64,000 nucleotides of DNA from Nemertoderma westbladi (taxonomy: Eukaryota > Animalia > Xenacoelomorpha). Positions 48,962-60,800 of the stretch are shown piece by piece (the first letter of the stretch is position 1; each line of letters opens with the position of its first letter). Both the position numbers and the translations under genes were made by a program. Where the stretch lies: the NCBI GenBank assembly GCA_032718475.1, contig JAUCBJ010008272.1, positions 33,280 to 97,279 on the forward strand, given 5' to 3'. The notes under the pieces are model-generated. The model had not been told where the DNA came from, ran no database searches, and worked only from the letters and a program-made list of their open reading frames with translations.

Positions 48962-49209
48962 CAAAGCAAAGCAAAAAAGCAAACAGTTGGCCGAAGCCGG
49001 AGGCGACCCAAAGGCTCCTCTTTCGATAGCTGCTACCCGAGGGTAGGGGTGGGCGGTGGGCGCTACTCCTATCCCAAGATTTGCGCCCAGTTATTTAACT
49101 GGTACTCATTTTATCGACCCCAGTGGATGAAAGGCTGAGTGGACCCTGGCAGGGCTGAACCGACAACCACTAGATTGCAGGCCCGGTGCTCAACCAAATG
49201 AGCTACCCC
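48962..49209 (-). mobile_element. tRNA-derived SINE with a conserved central domain (resembles MetaSINE/Sauria-type core)
   Basis: Minus strand: ggggtagctcatttggttgagc (A box), ggttcagccc (B-box-like), actcagcctttcatcc..gggtcgataaaatgagtacc core, (tttgc)n tail. Confidence 0.75.
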
Positions 49210-49445
49210 GTCTTTTATTTATTACTTATTTATCTATATTTAATTTTCCTGTAACTTTTTCATGGGTTGTTTCATGATTTATTTGTGTCTTTGTTTGCCA
49301 TTGTAATATACATTTTGCTTTGCTACATACTTAGACTCACATACATTACTAAGTAGAGCTGTACTATAAGGATGCACAGACTCATACAAACATAGGCTTA
49401 CCATCTTACAGGCCTGTATCCACCATTCACCTTATACAACTAAAA

Positions 49446-49715
49446 TAATAATAACAATAATGAGCTGATAATTTTAGAGCGCCCTAACTCCATGAAGTCA
49501 AATTCGAAGGCGCTGGGAGAGTATAGAGGAAGAATTTAATTGAGTGTTACTGAAAGGCCCTGTTGAATAGTTCAGTTTTTAGACCACGCTGGAAAGTATT
49601 GAGAGTGGTTGCAGTTCGGAGGGATAATGGTAAGCTATTATAAACGACAGGTGCTGAGTAAGAGAAGGAGTGAGCGCCAAAGGATACTACTAGGTTGTAA
49701 TGGGGTATCTTTAGT
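49446..49715 (-). mobile_element. 3' end of an L2/CR1-group LINE
   Basis: ORF2 C-terminus FGAHSFSYSAPVVYNSLPLSLRTATTLNTFQRGLKTELF*, followed by a stem-loop and (ATT)n tail. Confidence 0.8.
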
Positions 49716-51540
49716 AAGAGAAGGAGCGAGCGCCAAAGGATACTAGGTTGTAACGGGGTATCTTTAGTAAGAGAAGGAGCGAGCGCCAAACAATACTAGG
49801 TTGTAATGGGGTATCTTTACTAAGAGAAGGAGCGGGCGCCAAAGGATACTAGGTTGTAACGGGGTATCTTTAGTAAGAGAAAGAGCGAGCGCCAAAGGAT
49901 ACTAGGTTGTAACAGGGTACAGTATCTTTAGTAAGAGAAGGAGTGAGCGCCTAAGGATACTAGGTTGTAACAGGGTATCTTTAGTAAGAGAAGGAGCGAG
50001 CGCCAAAGGATACTAGGTTGTAACGGGGTATCTTTATTAAGAGAAGGAGCGAGCGCCAAACAATACTAGGTTGTAATGGGGTATCTTTACTAAGAGAAGG
50101 AGCGAGCGCCAAAGGATACTAGGTTGTAACGGGGTATCTTTAGTAAGAGAAAGAGCGAGCGCCAAAGGATACTAGGTTGTAACGGGGTATCTTTAGTAAG
50201 AGAAGGAGCAGCGCCAAAGGATACTAGGTTGTAACGGGATATCTTTAGTAAGAGAAGGAGCGAGCGCCAAAGGATACTAGGTTGTAACGGGGTATCTTTA
50301 GTAAGAGAAGGAGCAGCGCCAAAGGATACTAGGTTGTAACGGGGTATCTTTAGTAAGAAAAGGAGCAGCGCCAAAGGATACTAGGTTGTAACGGGATATC
50401 TTTAGTAAGAGAAGGAGCGAGCGCCAAAGGATACTAGGTTGTAACGGGGTATCTTTAGTAAGAGAAGGAGCGAGCGCCAAAGGATACTAGGTTGTAATGG
50501 GGTATCTTTAGTAAGAGAAGGAGTGAGCGCCTGAAGGATACTAGGTTGTAACGGGGTATCTTTAGTAAGAGAATGAGCGAGCGCCAAAGGATACTAGGTT
50601 GTAACGGGGTATCTTTAGTAAGAGAAGGAGCGAGCACCAAAGGATACTAGGTTGTAACGGGGTATCTTTAGTAAGAGAAGGAGCGAGCGCCAAAGGATAC
50701 TAGGTTGTAATGGGGTATCTTTAGTAAGAGAAGGAGCGAGCGCCAAAGGATACTAGGTTGTAACGGGGTATCTTTAGTAAGAGAAGGAGCGAGCGCCAAA
50801 GGATACTAGGTTGTAGTAATGGGGTATCTTTAGTAAGAGAAGGAGCGAGCGCCAAAGGATACTAGGTTGTAACGGGGTATCTTTAGTAAGAGAATGAGCA
50901 AGCGCCAAAGGATACTAGGTTGTAACAGGGTATCTTTAGTAAGAGAAGGAGCGAGCGCCAAATGATACTAGGTTGTAACGGGGTATCTTTAGTAAGAGAA
51001 GGAGCGAGCGCCAAAGGATACTAGGTTGTAACGGGGTATCTTTAGTAAGAGAAGGAGCGAGCGCCAAAGGATACTAGGTTGTAACGGGGTATCTTTAGTA
51101 AGAGAAGGAGCGAGCGCCAAAGGATACTAGGTTGTAATGGGGTATCTTTAGTAAGAGAAGGAGCAAGCGCCAAAGGATACTAGGTTGTAACGGGGTATCT
51201 TTAGTAAGAGAATGAGCGAGCGCCAAAGGATACTAGGTTGTAACTGGGTATCTTTAGTAAGAGAAGGAGCGAGCGCCAAAGGATACTAGGTTGTAACGGG
51301 GTATCTTTAGTAAGAGAAGGAGCGAGCGCCAAAGGATACTAGGTTGTAACGGGGTATCTTTAGTAAGAGAAGGAGCGAGCACCAAAGGATACTAGGTTGT
51401 AACGGGGTATCTTTAGTAAGAGAAGGAGCGAGCGCCAAAGGATACTAGGTTGTAACGGGGTATCTTTAGTAAGAGAAGGAGCGAGCACCAAAGGATACTA
51501 GGTTGTAACGGGGTATCTTTAGTAAGAGAAGGAGCGAGCG
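49658..51540. repeat. 53-bp minisatellite, ~35 copies, derived from LINE ORF2
   Basis: Unit agtaagagaaggagcgagcgccaaaggatactaggttgtaacggggtatcttt. Confidence 0.97.
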
Positions 51541-51683
51541 TCACACTTTTATTAAATGATTTTAGTAATATCGAAAAATAAATAAATTTGGAACTAAAGA
51601 CGATGAGGTAAGGCACATTATTTCATTTTAAACTACAAACATAATGTATTAACATGGCAGACCTACACAACGTGTGTATAGTA

Positions 51684-54600
51684 CAAGGTGTACTAAATAA
51701 CAGGTCATGCAGCGAGAATTGGCCTCCAATTATTGGAGGCTGAACATTTTTATTAAAGTGGGAGTGTGTATACCTAAGATTTTAAATCACACAAGATTAC
51801 TAAAATTACGCATCAGCTAGTGCAGCACTCAGGCAGTGCTCTCTCTGTACCAGTTTGCGCTGTTGTGTATAACAGTACCGGTACTCAGGCAGTCAGGCAC
51901 CTGTTGCTGATATAACAGTATAATGAATTTCAGCTTTCTGGCTTTTACTGTTTCATTACAGCAATAGGCCTAGCCTAACAGTTCTGCGGCTAATTAGCTA
52001 ATTAATAAAGTCATAAAGTAGACAGGTTAGCGGGTACGGGGTGGGTAGGCCGAAAGTAGGCATGGCTTATTGAATAGCTAGCTGCCTTAAAGTAAATTCT
52101 GATATTGCTGTATTCCTGTATTCTGGTTGTCGCAATTTGTATAATTGTATAAGGCCGAGTTGATATTGAATATGCCGAGGAAATGTAGTGTTGGAGGTTG
52201 CCGAACTGGATACGATAAACTCAAGGATGGAACTCTAGGAGCAGGGGAGACAAAAATTCCAATATATCGCTTTCCAACTGATCCACTTGCATTGCAAGCC
52301 TGGTTGCAACGCCTACCGAATATCGTTAAGCCAGAAGATGTTACAAAAAATATGGGAATCTGTTCAGTGCATTGGCCGCCTGGTGTAGAAACTAAAGGCG
52401 TGCAGGGGGGATCCAGAGTGCCGATACATCCTCCCAGCATATTTCCGAACGTTCCGCCAACCTGCATACCCACGCCACCACCGCCTCCCCGACCAAGTTC
52501 TACAAAGACTACAGTCGAAGTGCGGTCTCCTGGGGTAGATGAAATGCTTGAGTTTAAACAACGCGATTCAATTACATTCCCCACATTCTTGGGTGAGTTT
52601 TCCAAGCGCTACTCTGACGTTGCCGATATTACATTACATGACGACGTATTTTATATATCTAGTATAGAAAGAAACCTTGATACCCCCTATGCCTTATGGT
52701 CTCTCCACTTGAATGCTTTACCTACAGCTACAAATATAGAATCTGCCAATCTCAGATGTTTCTATGGATTAAGGAAGGTTATACATCCATTTATTCGAAA
52801 TATCCTTATGTGGAGTGAGCTTGAGGAACTCATACGATTTATTAAACATGACCAGGAAGAGAAAGAAGATGATGAAACTAATCGTTCCAAATGGAACTTT
52901 ATCCTTCATCAAATAGAATTACTTAATATTCCGAAAAATCGTCGAATTTATTCGAGGTATGATTTAATTACCGCGTTTCACTTGTATTCTAAATCTCGTC
53001 GATTATACATTGAATTGAGAGACTTGCTACAACTGCCGTCAATACGCACCCTGCAAGCGCTAACTTCTATGGTGAGCAATGTCCCTCAAAACGATTACAT
53101 TAAATCAATGTTAGCGAAACTTCAACCTCAATCAAAGTACTCAATTATATTAATCGATGAAGTGCCTGCGTGTATTCAACGAGAAGACAGTAGCTGCGCT
53201 GCGTATTCTCAGTCTATCTTCTACCACCGCGGATACTGCTTTATTTATAGAAATTGTTCTAAAGTGGTGGAAGGTTGTTAATGTTAAAACAACTTTCGAG
53301 GCAATTCGCTTCAACGATTTAGATCGTAAAGTTATTGATAGGGTAGACCATCCAAGTCTTTTATTTTTATCGAAAATGTCTGTATTATTTGGATTTATGG
53401 GTAGCAAACCGCGGGTTATTACTCATAAAGTTGTTAAACCCAGAGTCTGTAAACCTCCAGCCAAGCGGCGATTAGTGGGAAGGTGTTCATTGCAAAATGT
53501 TATTCCTGGCAGAACAACCCGAATATCCAAGCAACAAAAACGCATTTCTAACAAGCGGTTTAAATGCCTTACCAGGCAAACATCCCTCGGGTTAGTTGAA
53601 ACTTGTAAAGGAATGATAGAACTCGCAGAATTCCTACTCACCACTGATCTCCCAGTAAGGCACAAATATGTCTGTCTTAATTTCTTCCAAGACGATGATT
53701 TGGAAGGATATTTTGGTCATATACGGCAATCGCATGGGGGAAATTATTATCTAGCTGTTCAACAATTTGTAGAGACGCACCGTATTGACTCAGCTAGCTT
53801 ATACCTGAGATTGGATTTGAATATTGATCTTGGTGAACAGGGCCATAATTGCGGTTCATGCAATATTGAATTGACAGATGCCGACGATACCATTATTGCT
53901 TGTTTGAGCGATGTTACTCCAGCTCATCTACATAGCTCAGTCGAGAGTTTATCCATTGTTTATATGGCTGGGTATATTGCAAAATCTTTTCCGCAATACA
54001 AGATAGGATTCGACTCCATACCACAGGAATACACCCAGCAATATTTATTTATTACCGAGCTAAATAGAGGAGGTCTTTCTTACCCATCAGATGAACTATT
54101 TTTTTATTGTTATTTATGCACGAAATTTTATCGCAGTTCCATTACTAAATTTTGCCGAAAGAGTCTGATTGGTGCTTTAACAAAAATTTCAAATACATAT
54201 TCAAGAGATTCCCTGATTCCCTGTTGCGAAAAATTTCTAACATATTGTTTAGTAATTTTTGCAAATTCTCCACCCCCTTACGAAAAATATCGAATGTGAA
54301 AGTGCCTTCAAAAATAAAAAAGCTGCAGTAATTGTTTTCTACTTAAACTGAATATAACTTGTGCTTTAAATTTATATGTATTATTTTATTATAGTTTTAG
54401 TATTAATAGTAGTAAATTCAATCGATTTTTTGAAGCAGTTATAATAACTCTAATGATATTACATATTGACAGACACATACAGACAAACAAACAGACATAC
54501 AGACAGTCCAGATTCCGTCAAACATGAAAACTGATATTGGAAATGTACTCACCGACCAGGAAAACCCCTATAAAAATATTTTAGCATTTTTTAGCTATGT

Positions 54601-54842
54601 GGTGATCTTCCTTATTTTTTCTCACTCATACAGACAGACAAACAGACATTCTAAATTCCGTCAAAAATAAATACTGACATCGGAAATGGAATCACCGACT
54701 ACGAAAACCCCAATATGGGTAATTTTATTAATCTTGTGTGATTTAAAATCGTAGGTACACCCTCCCACTTTAATAAAAATGTTCAGCCTCCAATAATTGG
54801 AGGCCAATTCTCGCTGCATGACCTGTTATTTAGTACACCTTG
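51684..54842 (+). mobile_element. P-superfamily DNA transposon, internally deleted; ~116-bp TIRs and 8-bp TSD GTATAGTA
   Basis: CAAGGTGTACTAAATAACAGG... / ...CCTGTTATTTAGTACACCTTG; GTATAGTA at 51676-51683 and 54843-54850. Confidence 0.93.
52172..54299 (+). pseudogene. THAP/P-element transposase in two frames (52172-53281 and ~53165-54299)
   Basis: THAP MPRKCSVGGC..YRFP..W..ICSVHW..PSIF; LPSIRTL; IILIDE (first catalytic D); QDDDLEGYFGHIRQ (catalytic E); RGGLSYPS. The middle of the catalytic domain is missing. Confidence 0.85.
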
Positions 54843-55194
54843 GTATAGTAGTATATTTCGAGTTTTTTAATGAACAAATAACCAGAACATTGGCTTATAA
54901 TGACAAACCGATAGTATTTGGAATCAGTGTAAGTAGAGTAGATTGACCAGAAAAGTTAAAATTATATTTTATGCTGTAATGTTTAGAAAAATTAAAATTA
55001 GAGGCCCCGTGCCAGGGCGGGCCGAAACCCAACGGGCCGGGCCGTGAAAAACCGGCCCGTGTCCATCTCCGACTAACTGACATCTTTTACTGAGTAAAGC
55101 TTTGGGCACGTGTCCAAAGCCAAGGCCACACATTTATATAATGCCGTTCTTAACGGAAATTGTATTGACTATTATCCTAATTTTTCATGCATAG

Positions 55195-55873
55195 GTGGTT
55201 CCCCAAATGTTCCTACGTTATTAAATGCAAGGGAAACGAGTTTGTATCTGCGTCACATATGGCGCGTCCAGTCACTCCCAAGGTTATAATGCACTCAACC
55301 TCGCCACCGTTTCCGCAGTCGCCACAATCGCCACAACCGCCCCTGATACCAAATCAATCCATCGATGAAACGGCCAAAGTAAAGGCAGACAATGTCATAA
55401 CTACTGTGGTTTCTATGGGGTTCCCTGAGGAGGTAGTCTCATTGGTATTCGCGAGAATGATGCGGAGACCAGGGGACTCGTTTCCAAGGGTTACGGACCT
55501 ACTGAACGCGGTGATGGGGGTCGACAATCCCAAACCCGCTGGGACCACTCAATCCATGGTTGAGCCGTCGTCTATGGAACCCAGAGAATCGCTGTTCCAT
55601 TCGCTACCCGGGAGGGGTTTATCCCAGCCGACACACCCCTCGAGCACTGATCCCACGTCGTCCCAGACCCAGACCTCAAAGAGCTCGGTCGCCATGGAGA
55701 TAGAGAGGTTGAGAGACGAGCGACTCTGTAAGATATGTATGGACGCTGATGTTAAGGTGGTTTTTATACCCTGTGGTCATCTTGTTTGCTGCGTGGAGTG
55801 CGCTACCACTGTTAATAAGTGCCCGATATGCAGAAAGTCTATAAAGGGAACTGTGAATACTTATATGACTTAA
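55195..55873 (+). CDS. IAP last exon: end of BIR3, UBA, C-terminal RING (spliced product 576 aa, no CARD; XIAP/DIAP2-like architecture)
   Basis: Acceptor catag|G restores EHAR-WFPKC; UBA VVSMGF; RING CKICMD...PCGHLVCCVEC...CPICR. Confidence 0.92.
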
Positions 55874-57887
55874 CGGTCAGTTAGTTCCCCATAAGCAGCT
55901 GACCATCTAAATGTAACCGCGAGCAACTAAATGTGTTAGCGGTTAATAAGTGCCCAGTATATTATAATTAGTAATAAGTTGAGAAGATCTGAGGACCGTT
56001 TAAGTTTTATATTAGCATGACTGGAGACACTCCCCCCATCCCCAATATTCAGAACTTTGGTATTTTTGTAATATGTTTAATTAATGAAAACAATCTATCT
56101 TGTGTAACCAATAATGAGCTATTTTGGGGAATAAACCATTTGTGAGGAACATCCACTAGTTGTAGTGATTAAATGATTATCAGTGTAGTAGGTATCGGGG
56201 AGGGGGGGGGGGGGGAGGGGTGTAGCGCGCTGCTGAAGAGGGGCTGTACCCCGAAACGGTACCGAAAAACGAACGCATTGTACCACCAGGTGTACCACCA
56301 GGTGTACCACCAGGACGAAACGTAATTTATTGGATGTTGTTCTACTGGTTATTCTACAATATCCCTACCACTCGCTTATTGTTTTGGTTGCCCCGCCGTC
56401 TCTGTATCCCTTCCTCTCGCTTATTGTTTTGGTTGCCCCGTCGTCTCAGTAACCTACAAACGCTCTTACTGGCATGCATTTCGTCGCGAATAGTAGATTT
56501 CGTCGCGTCGTCGGTAATAACCCTTTCCCGCGTGAATTATTTTCCGTGGAAACCTATTTATTTCTTCTTATTCATTACCTCAGAAATTATACGACTCCCA
56601 CTGATTTTAAAGTTTATCTATCAGGTTACTCCATTGACTTGGTATTTAATAGTTTAATAATGATACACACCCCTATCAGCTACATTGATCGCCATCGAGT
56701 AACATTTTTATCAGTTAGACATCTATATTGCCAATGTGTAGCTGTTTTTATAAAAAAAATCCCCAATTCTGAAATGGTTTCTATAAAGTGGGTGACTAAA
56801 TTGGCATCGTGATTAAATCAAATAAAATATGATACCTTATGCGGGAAAGAGTTAATATCCGGTACCGTACAGCGCTGGTTCGATCCTTAGCGATATTCTT
56901 ACACCACCACCGTACTATTCAAAATGTAATATTTTATTCCAAAAATTCCATATTTTATTCAATAATCATAAACTGATTATAGACCTGAGAAATACCTTTT
57001 GGGCTAAAAATGGAAAGTCGGAGACACAAACCCGAATAACTGAGGCTGTATAAAGTTAATGTAATGTGTCAATGAATGATAAAGCTATGTAATAATTACA
57101 TAAACCGTATTTACCATCTTATTTAATGTTCCGCCCCAAACCCCCATCACTACACCTCGTGCTCATATAACACTTAACGGTCTTTCTTTTCCTTATATTA
57201 AATTTCTCCTTACCTTTCGTAGTGAATAGGTTACCATCTTAATTATTGGCTTAGTGAATAAACTGTTTAATATTTTATATTTATATTTTTTTTAAGTTGC
57301 AACTTTAATTGCTTACTCAGAAAGAAGTAATACTTATTTACTTCATAACGTGCGTAAATTATAACCTGAATGATTTTTAATAAATAATATAACGTAATTC
57401 GTTAAGATGATGATGATAAAATAATATTGTGTTGTTAAGTTGGGTTTGTTAATGAAACTTGATAATTTTAATATTATTCTGTATATTAAACAAATAAACA
57501 CACCGAAACATAAGTTATTTAAGCACTGTGTTATATATAACACTGATTGGTTTTCAGGACAACACCACTTTTTCGAATTAATTGTTATGTTGGATAAATA
57601 TTAGTATGAAACAAGGCTGAATTGCATTATATTATATTTCATTAATTATTAATTTATTGACAAATTACGTCTATTTATTGAATAATAACAATAAATATTT
57701 AAACTGTGACTTCTAACTTACGCTGATTATTAAGAGTTCTAACTTGTGAGTTCTAATTTACATTGTCTAGTCTAATTGAATATTTTATTGTAACTCGCAT
57801 TTGTTATACTGATTCGTATCAATTAGTTACATTTATGCGTTATTCGTAGTATAAATCCGGATAATAATTAGCCGTCAATTGGGCGCC

Positions 57888-60800
57888 GGTACCGGTACCC
57901 CACTAGCCACTAAACCAAATAGAGTACCGGCACCCCACTAGCCACTAAACCAAATAGAGTACCGGTACCCCACTAGCCACTAAACCAAATAGAGTACCGG
58001 TACCCCACTAGCCACTAAACCAAATAGAGTACCGGTACCCCACTAGCCACTAAACCAAATAGAGTACCGGTACCCCACTAGCCACTAAACCAAATAGAGT
58101 ACCGGTACCCCACTAGCCACTAAACCAAATAGAGTACCGGTACCCCACTAGCCACTAAACCAAATAGAGTACCGGTACCCCACTAGCCACTAAACCAAAT
58201 AGAGTACCGGTACCCCACTAGCCACTAAACCAAATAGAGTACCGGTACCCCACTAGCCACTAAACCAAATAGAGTACCGGTACCCCACTAGCCACTAAAC
58301 CAAATAGAGTACCGGTACCCCACTAGCCACTAAACCAAATAGAGTACCGGTACCCCACTAGCCACTAAACCAAATAGAGTACCGGTACCCCACTAGCCAC
58401 TAAACCAAATAGAGTACCGGTACCCCACTAGCCACTAAACCAAATAGAGTACCGGTACCCCACTAGCCACTAAACCAAATAGAGTACCGGTACCCCACTA
58501 GCCACTAAACCAAATAGAGTACCGGTACCCCACTAGCCACTAAACCAAATAGAGTACCGGTACCCCACTAGCCACTAAACCAAATAGAGTACCGGTACCC
58601 CACTAGCCACTAAACCAAATAGAGTACCGGTACCCCACTAGCCACTAAACCAAATAGAGTACCGGTACCCCACTAGCCACTAAACCAAATAGAGTACCGG
58701 TACCCCACTAGCCACTAAACCAAATAGAGTACCGGTACCCCACTAGCCACTAAACCAAATAGAGTACCGGTACCCCACTAGCCACTAAACCAAATAGAGT
58801 ACCGGTACCCCACTAGCCACTAAACCAAATAGAGTACCGGTACCCCACTAGCCACTAAACCAAATAGAGTACCGGTACCCCACTAGCCACTAAACCAAAT
58901 AGAGTACCGGTACCCCACTAGCCACTAAACCAAATAGAGTACCGGTAACCACTAAACCAAATAAAGTACCGGTACCCCACTAGCCACTAAACCAAATAGA
59001 GTACCGGTACCCCACTGGCCACTAAACCAAATAGAGTACCGGTACCCCACTAGCCACTAAACCAAATAGAGTACCGGCACCCCACTAGCCACTAAACCAA
59101 ATAGAGTACCGGTACCCCACTAGCCACTAAACCAAATAGAGTACCGGTACCCCACTAGCCACTAAACCAAATAGAGTACCGGTACCCCACTAGCCACTAA
59201 ACCAAATAGAGTACCGGTACCCCACTAGCCACTAAACCAAATAGAGTACCGGCACCCCGCTAGCCACTAAACCAAATAGAGTACCGGTACCCCACTAGCC
59301 ACTAAACCAAATAGAGTACCGGTACCCCACTAGCCACTAAACCAAATAGAGTACCGGTACCCCACTAGCCACTAAACCAAATAGAGTACCGGTACCCCAC
59401 TAGCCACTAAACCAAATAGAGTACCGGTACCCCACTAGCCACTAAACCAAATAGAGTACCGGTACCCCACTAGCCACTAAACCAAATAGAGTACCGGTAC
59501 CCCACTAGCCACTAAACCAAATAGAGTACCGGTACCCCACTAGCCACTAAACGAAATAGAGTACCGGTACCCCACTAGCCACTAAACCAAATAGAGTACC
59601 GGTACCCCACTAGCCACTAAACCAAATAGAGTACCGGTACCCCACTAGCCACTAAACCAAATAGAGTACCGGTACCCCACTAGCCACTAAACCAAATAGA
59701 GTACCGGTACCCCACTAGCCACTAAACCAAATAGAGTACCGGTACCCCACTAGCCACTAAACCAAATAGAGTACCGGTACCCCACTAGCCACTAAACCAA
59801 ATAGAGTACCGGCACCCCACTAGCCACTAAACCAAATAGAGTACCGGTACCCCACTAGCCACTAAACCAAATAGAGTACCGGTACCCCACTAGCCACTAA
59901 ACCAAATAGAGTACCGGTACCCCACTAGCCACTAAACCAAATAGAGTACCGGTACCCCACTAGCCACTAAACCAAATAGAGTACCGGTACCCCACTAGCC
60001 ACTAAACCAAATAGAGTACCGGTACCCCACTAGCCACTAAACCAAATAGAGTACCGGTACCCCACTAGCCACTAAACCAAATAGAGTACCGGTACCCCAC
60101 TAGCCACTAAACCAAATAGAGTACCGGTACCCCACTAGCCACTAAACCAAATAGAGTACCGGTACCCCACTAGCCACTAAACCAAATAGAGTACCGGTAC
60201 CCCACTAGCCACTAAACCAAATAGAGTACCGGTACCCCACTAGCCACTAAACCAAATAGAGTACCGGTACCCCACTAGCCACTAAACCAAATAGAGTACC
60301 GGTACCCCACTAGCCACTAAACCAAATAGAGTACCGGTACCCCACTAGCCACTAAACCAAATAGAGTACCGGTACCCCACTAGCCACTAAACCAAATAGA
60401 GTACCGGTACCCCACTAGCCACTAAACCAAATAGAGTACCGGTACCCCACTAGCCACTAAACCAAATAGAGTACCGGTACCCCACTAGCCACTAAACCAA
60501 ATAGAGTACCGGTACCCCACTAGCCACTAAACCAAATAGAGTACCGGTACCCCACTAGCCACTAAACCAAATAGAGTACCGGTACCCCACTAGCCACTAA
60601 ACCAAATAGAGTACCGGTACCCCACTAGCCACTAAACCAAATAGAGTACCGGTACCCCACTAGCCACTAAACCAAATAGAGTACCGGTACCCCACTAGCC
60701 ACTAAACCAAATAGAGTACCGGTACCCCACTAGCCACTAAACCAAATAGAGTACCGGTACCCCACTAGCCACTAAACCAAATAGAGTACCGGTACCCCAC

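Noticed and set aside
49150-49209. tRNA gene
   Set aside because: Only the tRNA-like head of a SINE; no complete cloverleaf.
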